Positions 8,175 to 17,595 of a DNA stretch of 64,000 nucleotides are shown here, piece after piece; the stretch's first letter is position 1; every line of letters begins with the position of its first letter. The notes under the pieces are model-generated. The model made no database searches and was not told the origin of the DNA. It saw only the letters and a program-made list of their open reading frames with translations. A program made the translations under genes and the position numbers. Origin of the DNA: Clostridia bacterium (GTDB lineage Bacteria; Bacillota; Clostridia; Christensenellales; CAG-138); NCBI GenBank assembly GCA_017514685.1, contig JAFWJN010000040.1:5056-69055 (forward strand), given 5' to 3'.

Positions 8175-9524
8175 ATGAACAGCTATATTGAGCGTGTATT
8201 GGCTGATGTAAAGCGTCGTGACAAAAACGAGCCTGAGTTTCTGCAGACGGTAGAAGAAGTTCTGACTTCACTGGAAGTCGTTGTTAACCAGCATCCGGAA
8301 TATGAAAAAGCCGGTCTGCTTGAGCGTTTAGTCGAGCCTGAGCGGGTCATTGAGTTCCGTGTTCCCTGGGTCGATGATTCCGGCAAGGTCAATGTCAACC
8401 GTGGATTCCGCGTCCAGTTCAACAGTGCGATTGGACCGTACAAAGGCGGCCTCCGTTTCGCAAGCCACGTCAACCTCTCCGTTATGAAGTTCCTCGGATT
8501 TGAGCAGACCTTCAAGAACAGCCTGACCACCCTCCCGATGGGCGGTGCAAAAGGCGGTTCCGACTTTGATCCCAACGGTAAGAGCGATGCCGAAATCATG
8601 CGTTTCTGCCAGTCTTTCATGACAGAGCTCTATCGTCATATCGGCAGCAACATCGACGTTCCGGCAGGTGACATCGGTGTAGGCGGCAGAGAGATCGGCT
8701 ATCTGTTCGGTCAGTATAAGCGTATCCGCAACGGTTTCGAAAACGGTGTTCTCACAGGTAAAGGCCGCAGCTACGGCGGAAGCCTTGTCCGTCCCGAAGC
8801 AACCGGCTGGGGTGCTGTTTATTACCTCGTAGAAGTTTTAAAACATCAGCATGACACGATCGAGGGCAAGACCATCGCAATCTCCGGATTCGGTAATGTT
8901 GCCTGGGGTGTCGCTATGAAAGCAAGTCAGCTCGGCGCAAAAGTCGTAACGCTTGCCGGCCCCGACGGTTATGTCTATGATCCGGATGGCGTCGGCACCA
9001 AGGAAAAATGGGACTTTATGCTTGAGATGCGTTCCTCCGGCCGCAACCGCGTCCAGGACTACGCGGACAAATTCGGTGTCCCGTTCTTCGCTGGCAAGAA
9101 GCCGTGGGGTGAAAAAGTGGATATTTGCATGCCTTCCGCCTATCAGAATGAAATCGGCATGACCGAAGCACAGCAGATGGTTGAAAACGGTGTCAAATAC
9201 TACATCGAAGTTGCGAACATGCCAACGACAAATGAAGCTCTTGGATTCCTCATGAAGCAGGAAGGTCTGATTGTTGCTCCGTCCAAAGCGGTCAACGCCG
9301 GCGGCGTTTCCGTTTCCGGTCTGGAAATGAGCCAGAACTCCGAGCGTCTGTCCTGGAGTGCGGAAGAAGTTGACAAGCAGCTGCACACCATTATGAAAAA
9401 CATCCATGACGCTTCCATGGAAGCTGCTGAAGAATGCGGCCTCGGTTACAATCTGGTAGCCGGCGCAAACATCGCGGGATTCAAGAAAGTAGCAGATGCC
9501 ATGATGGCACAGGGAATTGTCTGA
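8175..9524 (+). CDS. gdhA: NADP-specific glutamate dehydrogenase
   Basis: GPYKGGLRF and PMGGAKGGSDFDP motifs, 449 aa hexameric GDH type. Confidence 0.95.
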   Translation: MNSYIERVLADVKRRDKNEPEFLQTVEEVLTSLEVVVNQHPEYEKAGLLERLVEPERVIEFRVPWVDDSGKVNVNRGFRVQFNSAIGPYKGGLRFASHVNLSVMKFLGFEQTFKNSLTTLPMGGAKGGSDFDPNGKSDAEIMRFCQSFMTELYRHIGSNIDVPAGDIGVGGREIGYLFGQYKRIRNGFENGVLTGKGRSYGGSLVRPEATGWGAVYYLVEVLKHQHDTIEGKTIAISGFGNVAWGVAMKASQLGAKVVTLAGPDGYVYDPDGVGTKEKWDFMLEMRSSGRNRVQDYADKFGVPFFAGKKPWGEKVDICMPSAYQNEIGMTEAQQMVENGVKYYIEVANMPTTNEALGFLMKQEGLIVAPSKAVNAGGVSVSGLEMSQNSERLSWSAEEVDKQLHTIMKNIHDASMEAAEECGLGYNLVAGANIAGFKKVADAMMAQGIV

Positions 9525-9544
9525 TAACGAAATACGGATTCACG

Positions 9545-9574
9545 GCGGCGCACTCCTTTGTGCGCCGCTTTTTG
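9545..9574 (+). terminator. Rho-independent terminator after gdhA
   Basis: GCGGCGCAC-TCCTTT-GTGCGCCGC followed by TTTTTG. Confidence 0.8.
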
Positions 9575-9651
9575 TGAGCATTTCCCTTTGGAAACAAACC
9601 GATCACAGCTGGAACGGCAAATTATTGACTCGATTAATGAGCGTAAAATGA

Positions 9652-9680
9652 TTGCGCATAAAAAAGATTTATGGTATACT
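9652..9680 (+). promoter_or_regulatory. Candidate upp promoter
   Basis: TTGCGC-17 nt-TATACT. Confidence 0.5.
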
Positions 9681-9707
9681 GAAAAAAATCGTTAAGGGAG
9701 ATTTGTT

Positions 9708-10346
9708 ATGCAGTCAAATAACGTTTTTGTTTTTGATCATCCGCTGATTCAGCACAAGATTTCACTTCTTCGCGACAAGAATACCGGAACAAGAGATTTC
9801 CGTACCCTTGTAAAAGAACTGGCAACACTGATGGTTTATGAAGTAACCAAGGACTTCGAGCTGGTGGAAACCGAGATCGAAACTCCGATCGCCAAAACAA
9901 AAACCAAAGTCCTTTCGGATAAGAAGATCTCTTTGGTCCCGATCCTTCGCGCAGGTCTCGGCATGGTCGAGGGTGTTACCGATCTTCTTCCGAATGCACG
10001 CGTCGGGCATATCGGTCTTTACCGTCATCCGGAAACGCATGAACCGGTAGAATACTATTGCAAACTTCCTGCTGATGTAGCAGACAGCACGGTTATCGTT
10101 CTTGAACCTATGTTCGCTACCGGCGGAAGCCTGACCGCGACCATCGATATCCTGGAAAACCGTTATCACTGCAAGGATATCCGTCTGGTCTGCCTGATTG
10201 CTGCCAAGCCCGGTGTGGAACGCGTTATGAACGCTCATCCGAACATCAAGCTCTATTGCGCAGCAATTGACGAAAAGCTGAACGACCACGCCTATATCGT
10301 ACCCGGACTCGGCGATGCAGGCGACCGTATTTTCGGCACAAAATAA
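9708..10346 (+). CDS. upp: Uracil phosphoribosyltransferase
   Basis: [17 protein letters not shown]-terminus, PRPP-binding loop [14 protein letters not shown]-terminal [16 protein letters not shown]. Confidence 0.95.
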   Translation: MQSNNVFVFDHPLIQHKISLLRDKNTGTRDFRTLVKELATLMVYEVTKDFELVETEIETPIAKTKTKVLSDKKISLVPILRAGLGMVEGVTDLLPNARVGHIGLYRHPETHEPVEYYCKLPADVADSTVIVLEPMFATGGSLTATIDILENRYHCKDIRLVCLIAAKPGVERVMNAHPNIKLYCAAIDEKLNDHAYIVPGLGDAGDRIFGTK

Positions 10347-10355
10347 TAAAGGTTC

Positions 10356-10387
10356 AAACGAGGTCCGAAAGACCTCGTTTCTTTTTC
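10356..10387 (+). terminator. Rho-independent terminator after upp
   Basis: AAACGAGGTC-CGAAA-GACCTCGTTT followed by CTTTTTCC. Confidence 0.85.
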
Positions 10388-10413
10388 CAATTCCATTGAA
10401 AGGAGAATCCACC

Positions 10414-10878
10414 ATGGAACAATCTTCTCTTACTGTCATTCAGGACGATCTTGCCGCCCGCTCTAAAAAAGCCCTGATCCGCGGAATACTTTCTGTCGTG
10501 ATCCCTGTCGCTGTCATTATTTTTAGTTATATCATTTTTATGATCCTTACCTTTGGCCTTGGAATCGGCGCCGGTCTCTTTGACTCCAATCAGACAGCAA
10601 TCGTTTTAGTCGCTTCCCTGTTTACCGGTTACTTCTTCTTCTTGATTATCTCCGGTATCATCATGATGGTTTTGGGAAAGGGAACCTGGAACCGGGTAAA
10701 AGCAATCCGTCAGGATGCCATCAATGCCGGTGTCCGCCGGCCTGCAACATCTTTCGTTGCGCACGTCTTCGGCATTTATTCCTTTTTCTCCGGGCTCTTC
10801 CTGGTAATCTTCTTTACTGTGTTATTCCTGATTTTTGCCCTGGTATTCATATTTGCAGGCGTTATTTCTCTTGCATAA
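10414..10878 (+). CDS. Small integral membrane protein (about 4 TM), function unknown
   Basis: ATG at 10414 with AAAGGAG 8 nt upstream. The track start (10315) lies inside upp and its terminator. Hydrophobic composition. Confidence 0.5.
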   Translation: MEQSSLTVIQDDLAARSKKALIRGILSVVIPVAVIIFSYIIFMILTFGLGIGAGLFDSNQTAIVLVASLFTGYFFFLIISGIIMMVLGKGTWNRVKAIRQDAINAGVRRPATSFVAHVFGIYSFFSGLFLVIFFTVLFLIFALVFIFAGVISLA

Positions 10879-10896
10879 GCTATTTTACTTTATGAT

Positions 10897-10934
10897 GAAA
10901 GGCTCTGCCCCTTTTCTATGGGACAGAGCCTTTC
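10897..10934. terminator. Bidirectional hairpin between convergent genes
   Basis: GAAAGGCTCTG...CAGAGCCTTTC stem with T runs on both strands. Confidence 0.65.
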
Positions 10935-10959
10935 TTGAACATATAAATACTATCCGGAT

Positions 10960-12327
10960 TTAATCCACTTTCGGCAGGGAAGCCAAACTCTTCTGCAGTT
11001 CTTCATCTGTCGGAATATAATCCGTCATCTCTCCATTATGGAATTTCTCATATGCCACCAGATCGAAATAACCGGTTCCGGTCAGCCCGAAAACGATCGT
11101 CTTCTCTTCTCCGGTTTCCTTGCATTTCATTGCTTCATCGATTGCCACTTTAATCGCGTGTGCGCTCTCCGGTGCCGGAAGAATCCCTTCCACACGTGCG
11201 AACTGCTCAGCCGCCTTGAAGACATCTGTCTGGACCGCTGTTGTCGCTTCCATGTATCCGTCATCATACAGCTGGGAAAGAATTGAACTCATGCCGTGGT
11301 AGCGAAGGCCGCCTGCATGGTTCGGCGCGGGAATAAAACCGCTGCCAAGCGTATACATTTTCGCGAGTGGGCAAACCTTTCCGGTGTCGCAGAAGTCGTA
11401 TGCGTATGTTCCGCGGGTAAAGCTCGGGCAGGAAGCCGGCTCCACCGCAATGATTCTGTAATCTGCTTCGCCGCGCAGTTTCTCACCCATGAACGGCGCA
11501 ATCAGTCCTCCGAGGTTGGAACCTCCGCCTGCGCAGCCGATAATGATATCCGGTTTGATTCCGTATTTGTCAAGCGCTGCCTTGGTTTCCAGTCCGATTA
11601 CGCTCTGATGAAGCAGGACCTGATTGAGTACGCTTCCGAGGACATAACGGTATCCCTCCCTTGTAACGGCGGCTTCAACAGCCTCACTGATCGCACATCC
11701 GAGACTTCCTGTAGTTCCGGGGAACTCCTCCAGGATCTTCCGGCCGATCTGGGTCGTGTCTGACGGAGAAGGTGTCACAGTCGCGCCGTAAGTACGCATG
11801 ACTTCTCTGCGGAACGGTTTCTGCTCATACGAGATCTTGACCATGTATACTTTGCAGTCCAGTCCAAAATAGGAGCATGCCATGGACAGCGCTGTCCCCC
11901 ATTGTCCGGCGCCCGTCTCTGTCGTAACGCCCTTGAGCCCCTGCTTTTTCGCATAGTACGCCTGAGCAATGGAAGAGTTCAGCTTATGACTCCCGCTGGT
12001 ATTGTTTCCTTCAAATTTATAATAGATATGCGCCGGAGTCCCGAGTTTTTCCTCGAGGCAGTATGCACGAACAAGCGGCGAAGGCCTGTACATTTTATAG
12101 AAGGCACGGATTTCTTCCGGAATCGGGATCAGCCGGGTGTCATTATCCAGTTCCTGCTTGACAAGTTCATCACAGAATACGCCGCCGAGTTCTTCCGCTG
12201 TCATCGGCTTTCCTGTTCCCGGATTCAGCAACGGTGCCGGTTTATTTTTCATGTCCGCCCGGACGTTATACCATGCGGTCGGCATCTCTTGTTCTTCCAG
12301 ATAAATTTTATAAGGGATCTTTTCCAT
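10960..12327 (-). CDS. trpB2: TrpB-like PLP-dependent enzyme (tryptophan synthase beta chain, TrpB2 type), stand-alone
   Basis: Long N-terminal extension (PTAWYNVRADM), PLP-lysine context GSHKLNS, 455 aa length typical of TrpB2. No trpA adjacent. Confidence 0.88.
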   Translation of the reverse strand: MEKIPYKIYLEEQEMPTAWYNVRADMKNKPAPLLNPGTGKPMTAEELGGVFCDELVKQELDNDTRLIPIPEEIRAFYKMYRPSPLVRAYCLEEKLGTPAHIYYKFEGNNTSGSHKLNSSIAQAYYAKKQGLKGVTTETGAGQWGTALSMACSYFGLDCKVYMVKISYEQKPFRREVMRTYGATVTPSPSDTTQIGRKILEEFPGTTGSLGCAISEAVEAAVTREGYRYVLGSVLNQVLLHQSVIGLETKAALDKYGIKPDIIIGCAGGGSNLGGLIAPFMGEKLRGEADYRIIAVEPASCPSFTRGTYAYDFCDTGKVCPLAKMYTLGSGFIPAPNHAGGLRYHGMSSILSQLYDDGYMEATTAVQTDVFKAAEQFARVEGILPAPESAHAIKVAIDEAMKCKETGEEKTIVFGLTGTGYFDLVAYEKFHNGEMTDYIPTDEELQKSLASLPKVD

Positions 12328-12460
12328 TGTTATGATTTCCTTTCTGTTTTCAAATAGTCTTTCAGGTGAATTCTTCAGATACGGGATGTGATCTTATGAT
12401 TCACCATCGTCTGGATAAGAGATACATCGTTTTTTCCTCCGCGAGATTAATTTGCCGGGC

Positions 12461-12727
12461 CAAAATACAAACAGATCCTGCCCCTATTGCCGGGACAGGA
12501 TCAAATCTTCCTGCGGTGCCACCTGGCTTGACGCTTTTGCGCCCTCTCTGTGTATGCTGTCACATACCGGCTCTTTTTACGAGGAGCCATTCCGTCTCCC
12601 ATACTCTGCCAAAGGCATTTCCGTTCGCCCTCGAAAGTCCATTCAACCGGTCAGTTTCCACCGCGATTCCACCGTCCGCAGTTCTCTATGCAAAACCAGT
12701 TCCGATCTACTTCTCTTTCTCATCGGT
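12461..12727 (-). promoter_or_regulatory. T-box riboswitch leader, specifier codon UGG (Trp), with intrinsic terminator
   Basis: Minus strand reads GAUGAGAAAGAGAAGUAGAUCGG...CCGGUUGAA-UGG-ACUUUCGAGGG, colinear with the B. subtilis glyQS stem I. T-box sequence is CCAGGUGGCACCGCAG (12511-12526). Terminator GAUCCUGUCCC-GGCAAUA-GGGGCAGGAUC plus UGUUUGUAUUUUG (12461-12502). Confidence 0.85.
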
Positions 12728-12735
12728 TTTTCTAA

Positions 12736-12764
12736 ATCTTACACATTTCGCCGTGATTTGTCAA
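12736..12764 (-). promoter_or_regulatory. Promoter driving the T-box-trpB2 unit
   Basis: TTGACA-17 nt-TAAGAT on the minus strand, immediately downstream of the DAHP synthase stop. Confidence 0.6.
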
Positions 12765-12790
12765 CCGTTTTTATATATTATTTTTCCGTC

Positions 12791-13819
12791 TCACAGCATT
12801 TCCGCAATATCGTAAATCAACCGCTCTGTTTTATCCCATCCCAGACAGGCGTCCGTTATGGATTTTCCATAACATTTTCCGCCAACCGGCTGATTGCCGT
12901 CTTCGAGATAACTCTCGACCATGAACCCTTTGATCAAACCTTTGAGGTCTGCATTGTACTTTCTGCAGGTCAAAACTTCCCGCACGATCCGCGGCTGTTC
13001 AAACGGATCTTTTCCGGAGTTGGCATGGTTGGTATCGATTAATAAAGCCGGATTCACGAGATCGCTCTTCTGATACAGCTCATATACTTTCATCAGATCT
13101 TCGTAATGGTAGTTCGGCAGCATGTTTCCGTGCTTGTTCGTATATCCGCGAAGGATCGCGTGCGCATAGGGATTGCCCAGAGAATGCGCCGCCCATCCGC
13201 GATAAATAAATGTGTGTTTATGCTGAGCGGTGCGGATCGCATTCATCATGATGGAAAAATCACCGCTGGTCGGATTTTTCATGCCAACAGGCACTTCTAT
13301 TCCGCTGGCTGTCAGTCTGTGCTGCTGGTCTTCTACCGAACGAGCACCTACCGCGACATATGCAAGCAGATCGTCAAGATACTTATGATTTTCCGGATAA
13401 AGCATCTCATCTGCACACGAAAAGCCGTAATCCCTTACCGCCCGCATATGAAGATCTCTTGTGGCAATGATGCCTTTGTACAGATCCGGTTTCTCATTCG
13501 GATCCGGCTGATGCAAAAGCCCTTTATATCCGTCGCCGGAAGTGCGCGGCTTGTTTGTATAGATACGGGGGATGATGAATATCTTGTCCGCAACTTTATC
13601 CTGCACCAGGCGCAGCCTTCCGATATAATCCAGAACACTGTCCGCCCGGTCTGCCGAACATGGTCCGATGACCAGAATCAGTTTTCCGGATTCTCCCCGA
13701 AAAATGCTCTGGAGTTCCGCCTGACGTTTTTCCACGGTCTGCTCCATTTCTTTTGAAACAGGAAACCGTTTCTTGACTTCCATCGGAATCTCCAGTTTTC
13801 TCTCGAAAATCATATTCAT
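12791..13819 (-). CDS. aroG: 3-deoxy-7-phosphoheptulose (DAHP) synthase, E. coli AroG/F/H-like class I-alpha
   Basis: LVIGPCS, KPRTS, GARSVEDQQHR and C-terminal GKSITDACLGW motifs, colinear with E. coli AroG. The isozyme letter is arbitrary. Confidence 0.88.
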   Translation of the reverse strand: MNMIFERKLEIPMEVKKRFPVSKEMEQTVEKRQAELQSIFRGESGKLILVIGPCSADRADSVLDYIGRLRLVQDKVADKIFIIPRIYTNKPRTSGDGYKGLLHQPDPNEKPDLYKGIIATRDLHMRAVRDYGFSCADEMLYPENHKYLDDLLAYVAVGARSVEDQQHRLTASGIEVPVGMKNPTSGDFSIMMNAIRTAQHKHTFIYRGWAAHSLGNPYAHAILRGYTNKHGNMLPNYHYEDLMKVYELYQKSDLVNPALLIDTNHANSGKDPFEQPRIVREVLTCRKYNADLKGLIKGFMVESYLEDGNQPVGGKCYGKSITDACLGWDKTERLIYDIAEML

Positions 13820-13831
13820 AAAAACTTCCTC

Positions 13832-14695
13832 CTAGTTGTCAAAGTAGGCGCGGCGTTCAGTGGACAGTTTCATTTTTTCTTTCAATCCTTCCCTGTCTTC
13901 CGCTTCCAGAAGCGTTCTCATCTCGGAAAGTTCTCTGATAAACAGATCCATCTGCTCCAGCAGTTTTGCTTTGTTCATCAGAAACAGCTCGCTCCACATC
14001 GTTTCGTTGATCCGGGATATTCTGGTCAGATCACGGAACGAGTCTCCGGTATAATCCACCAGATGCCGGTTGTCATTGCATGTCATCAGGGTAACTGCAA
14101 TGCAGTGTGTCAGCTGCGATACAAATCCGATCATCTCATCATGCTCTTCCGGGGATAGTACAGCAATATGCCTGAAGCCAAGCAGTTTTCCGAGGGATTT
14201 GCACCACTCGATTGCTTCCGGCGTATTCTGTTCTGTCGGAGTCACGATATAATTCGCATTCAAAAAGATTCTTTCATCCGCATTCTTGATACCGGATACC
14301 TCGCGCCCGGCCATTGGATGCGCTCCGATAAATTCAATCCCTTTGGGCAGCGCTTTCTGCACTTCATATACGACGCACGATTTGACGCCTGTTACATCCG
14401 TCAAAAGCGTCCCTTCCTTGAATTGATTGCCATGTTCTTTGATCCAGCGGACAAACACCGATGGATACAGTGCAAAAATGGCAGCATCGGCTTTTTGAAT
14501 CAATTTGGGATCTGCTTCTGTGGATCCGTCTTCAATGATACCGTTTTCTTTCGCGTATGAAACAGCCTCCGCATCGGGGTCGATAGCATATACATGATAA
14601 CCCAGTCTGGTAAGCCCTTTTGCATAGCTCCCGCCGATCAATCCGAGTCCAACAATTAATATCTCACTGTTACTGATCCAGTTCACAGAGAACAA
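13832..14695 (-). CDS. tyrA: Prephenate dehydrogenase
   Basis: N-terminal Rossmann ILIVGLGLIGGSYAKG and PDH core (GAHPMAG). Start ambiguous: TTG 14695 or GTG 14686. Both overlap the aroA 3' end. Confidence 0.85.
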   Translation of the reverse strand: MFSVNWISNSEILIVGLGLIGGSYAKGLTRLGYHVYAIDPDAEAVSYAKENGIIEDGSTEADPKLIQKADAAIFALYPSVFVRWIKEHGNQFKEGTLLTDVTGVKSCVVYEVQKALPKGIEFIGAHPMAGREVSGIKNADERIFLNANYIVTPTEQNTPEAIEWCKSLGKLLGFRHIAVLSPEEHDEMIGFVSQLTHCIAVTLMTCNDNRHLVDYTGDSFRDLTRISRINETMWSELFLMNKAKLLEQMDLFIRELSEMRTLLEAEDREGLKEKMKLSTERRAYFDN

Positions 14696-15881
14696 CCCCC
14701 AATTCTTTCAGCTTTTCAAAAAACTCCGGAAAACTTTTTTCAACAGCTTCCGCTCCGTCTATCGTTCCTCCGACGTATGAACAAAGCAGCGAAAGCGCCA
14801 TAACAATCCTGTGATCATTGTGCCCGAACAGCGGAGCAGCAGGTCTCCTGATTCCCGGTCTGATCGTTACGGAATGAAGATCCGCGGAAAAATCCGCTCC
14901 GAACTTATTCAGTTCTTCCTGCATTGCTTCTATCCGGTCACTTTCTTTCAGGCGCAGCCGTTCTATCCCCGTAAAAACCGCTCCGTTCTGCGCCGCTGCA
15001 AGGGCAAAAAGCACAGGTCCGAGATCCGGGCAGTCAGACAGATCCAGCTTCGGTGTCCCGCTTTTCAGTTCCCCGAGCATCTTCCTGTAAACACGATCTC
15101 CCTGAAGGCTGTCTTCTTTCAGCCCTGTCACGCTGACATTACCGCCAATCAGATTCAGCCCTTCCAGAAACACCGCATTTGACCAATCGCCCTCGACCGA
15201 TGCGTTGTTTTTTAAGAACTGCTGTCCTCCCGGAATATACAATGTTGTTTCATTTTTCCATTCCGCTGTTACGCCGAACTGCTTAAGCGCGAATAAGGAT
15301 AAATCAATGTAGGACCGGCTCTCTACCGGCGGAATCAGTCTGACCGTACTGTCGCCGTCCAGAACCGGAAGAGCATACAGCAGACCGGTCACAAACTGAC
15401 TGCTGATATCTCCCCGGAAAGAAAAACACCCTGGATTTAACGGTCCGCAGACTTTTATCGCGTTCTTTGTCTTTTCAAACAGCAGACCCTGCTCATTACA
15501 GATGTTCTCATAAACGGAAAAAGGTCTTGAAAGCAGTTTTTCCGTTCCTTCCAAACAGGCAGGCATCCCGGACAGCAGGCACAGTGGCAGAAAGAATCGG
15601 ATCGTGCTTCCGCTTTCCCTGCATTTCAAAGCCGCAGCTTGCCCTCTGTTTTTCGGGTCGGTACCTGTTACGGCAGCAGTGTCTCCTTTGATTTCAACAG
15701 AGGCTCCGAGCGCTCTCAGGCAGTCAATCGTTGCCTCGATGTCTCTGCTGATCTTGATATTGGAAATGATGCTGGTTCCATCGGCAAGCCCTGCCGCAAG
15801 CAGCATTCTGTGTGCCATACTTTTGGATGGAGGTGCTTTTACCGTCCCTTCCGCTTTCGATGGCGTAAAAAAGACTCTCAT
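14670..15881 (-). CDS. aroA: 3-phosphoshikimate 1-carboxyvinyltransferase (EPSP synthase)
   Basis: MRVFFTPSKAEGTVKAPPSKSMAHRML N-terminus. Internal ATG at 15881 forms a TAATG overlap with the aroQ stop. The longer track ORF (15959) is rejected. Confidence 0.9.
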   Translation of the reverse strand: MRVFFTPSKAEGTVKAPPSKSMAHRMLLAAGLADGTSIISNIKISRDIEATIDCLRALGASVEIKGDTAAVTGTDPKNRGQAAALKCRESGSTIRFFLPLCLLSGMPACLEGTEKLLSRPFSVYENICNEQGLLFEKTKNAIKVCGPLNPGCFSFRGDISSQFVTGLLYALPVLDGDSTVRLIPPVESRSYIDLSLFALKQFGVTAEWKNETTLYIPGGQQFLKNNASVEGDWSNAVFLEGLNLIGGNVSVTGLKEDSLQGDRVYRKMLGELKSGTPKLDLSDCPDLGPVLFALAAAQNGAVFTGIERLRLKESDRIEAMQEELNKFGADFSADLHSVTIRPGIRRPAAPLFGHNDHRIVMALSLLCSYVGGTIDGAEAVEKSFPEFFEKLKELGVVLCELDQ

Positions 15882-16315
15882 TATTTTTCTCCGTCCAGCA
15901 AAAACTGCATCGCTTCTATATATCCTTCGATTCCGTGTCCTGAAATAGTTTTCACACACGCCAGCCTGATATAGCTGATCTGTCTGAATTCCTCTCTTTT
16001 TGACACATCGGAAATATGCACTTCGACGGTTGGTATCGAAACCGCTTTGACCGCATCTAAGAGCGCAATGCTTGTATGGGTATATGCCCCCGGATTGATC
16101 ACGATACCGTCCGTATTGCCGTATGCCTGCTGGATCCTGTCTACGAGATCGCCCTCATGATTTGACTGATACAATTCGACTTCGATCCCCCGGGAAGCGG
16201 CATACTCCCGGATGCGGTTCTGAAGTGTTGCATAGCTTTGCTCCCCGTAAATACCCGGTTCACGGATGCCCAGCATGTTAATGTTAGGACCATTGATAAT
16301 CAGCAGCTTTTTCAT
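15881..16315 (-). CDS. aroQ: Type II 3-dehydroquinate dehydratase
   Basis: LLIINGPNINMLGIREPGIYG and HISDV motifs. ATGA overlap with the upstream gene. Confidence 0.93.
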   Translation of the reverse strand: MKKLLIINGPNINMLGIREPGIYGEQSYATLQNRIREYAASRGIEVELYQSNHEGDLVDRIQQAYGNTDGIVINPGAYTHTSIALLDAVKAVSIPTVEVHISDVSKREEFRQISYIRLACVKTISGHGIEGYIEAMQFLLDGEK

Positions 16316-17595
16316 AACTTCTCCAATATCATATGTGCTGTTTCGTTCGCATTCTTTCCGGAATGAATATGCAGATCCGCTATTCTAATAAAAATCGGAT
16401 ATCGAACTTCAAAAAGTGCTCTTACCTTCTCACGATCGGTGGAAAGCGGCCGGTCTTTGGATGTTTTCAGTTCATCCACCGGTCTGTCCAGGAACACCAG
16501 GTGTCCGTTGCGTTTAACGGTTCTGACATTTTCCTCTCTCGTCATAGAACCCCCGCCGGTTGCAATCACTGCCCCGCTTAACTGGGAAAGTTCCTTCAGT
16601 ACTTCCGTTTCAATCAGGCGGAATGCTTCCTCGCCGTTTTGGGCAAAATATTCCGCGATCGGCATGTCGATCCGTTCAACGATTACTTTATCTGAATCAT
16701 AGAACGGCCGGTGCAGCAATTCCGCCAGAATTGATCCTACATGCGTTTTTCCGACTCCCGGCATCCCGATCAGAACGATATTTCTCTTTCCCGAAAGAAG
16801 ATTCCGGTACAGAGCATCAATGCGATCTTTTGAAAAAGCTTCCCCGGTAAAGAGTTCCGCTGCACGGACAGCCTGCGCTGTCAGCATATACAGTCCTCCG
16901 AATGCCGGAATGCTTCGCTCCTTTGCCGCCAGAATCAGGTTCGTACATAACGGCCGGTAGATTGCATCGAAAACACCGGAAAGATTGGTGAACCGGTCCA
17001 GATCCACCGGCATTTTTTCCGAATCCGGATACATTCCGCACGGGGTTGTATTGATGATCACATCCGCATCCGCATGCTTCTGATATGCCTGCTCATAGGA
17101 GAGCGCCCCATCTTTGGCGCTTCGGCTGACTTTATATACGGCTTTTGCTCCAAGTGCGGCCGCAACAGCTTTTGCGGTCTTACTTGTTCCTCCGGTCCCC
17201 AGAATCAGGACCTTTTTTCCCTTTACCGTGATGCCGGCTTTTGTCAGCCCAAGCCTCATTCCGTCGAAATCCGTATTGTATCCGTAAAGCAGTCCGTCTT
17301 TGCACACGATTGTATTAACCGCGCCGATTGCTTTTGCTCTCTGCGAGATCACATCAAGATAGGGAATAACTGCCTGTTTATATGGAATTGTCACATTGAT
17401 TCCGCAAAAATCTCTGCGTGACAAAAAATCATGAAGTTTATTCTCTTCAAGATCATGTATCTCGTAATGGTATCTTCCGAGCGCTTCATGAATTTCCTTG
17501 GAAAAGCTGTGTCCAAGAGGATGTCCTATTAATCCGTATTCCAAAGCAGTTTCTCCTCTTCTGTTTTTCTTGATTTCTTCTATGCTTCCGCCCAC
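16312..17595 (-). CDS. aroE/aroK: Bifunctional shikimate dehydrogenase / shikimate kinase fusion
   Basis: N-terminal half is AroE-like (YGLIGHPLGHSFS, GTGGTSK). C-terminal half is AroK-like (Walker A IGMPGVGKTHVG, YDSD). Start is either GTG 17595 or TTG 17544, the latter with AGAGGAG 7 nt upstream. Confidence 0.87.
   Translation of the reverse strand: MGGSIEEIKKNRRGETALEYGLIGHPLGHSFSKEIHEALGRYHYEIHDLEENKLHDFLSRRDFCGINVTIPYKQAVIPYLDVISQRAKAIGAVNTIVCKDGLLYGYNTDFDGMRLGLTKAGITVKGKKVLILGTGGTSKTAKAVAAALGAKAVYKVSRSAKDGALSYEQAYQKHADADVIINTTPCGMYPDSEKMPVDLDRFTNLSGVFDAIYRPLCTNLILAAKERSIPAFGGLYMLTAQAVRAAELFTGEAFSKDRIDALYRNLLSGKRNIVLIGMPGVGKTHVGSILAELLHRPFYDSDKVIVERIDMPIAEYFAQNGEEAFRLIETEVLKELSQLSGAVIATGGGSMTREENVRTVKRNGHLVFLDRPVDELKTSKDRPLSTDREKVRALFEVRYPIFIRIADLHIHSGKNANETAHMILEKL

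Noticed and set aside
12366-13042. Plus-strand ORFs 12366-12815, 12452-13042 and 12550-12735
   Set aside because: They lie over the minus-strand T-box leader and the 3' end of the DAHP synthase gene. The region is explained by the riboswitch structure, and the translations are featureless.
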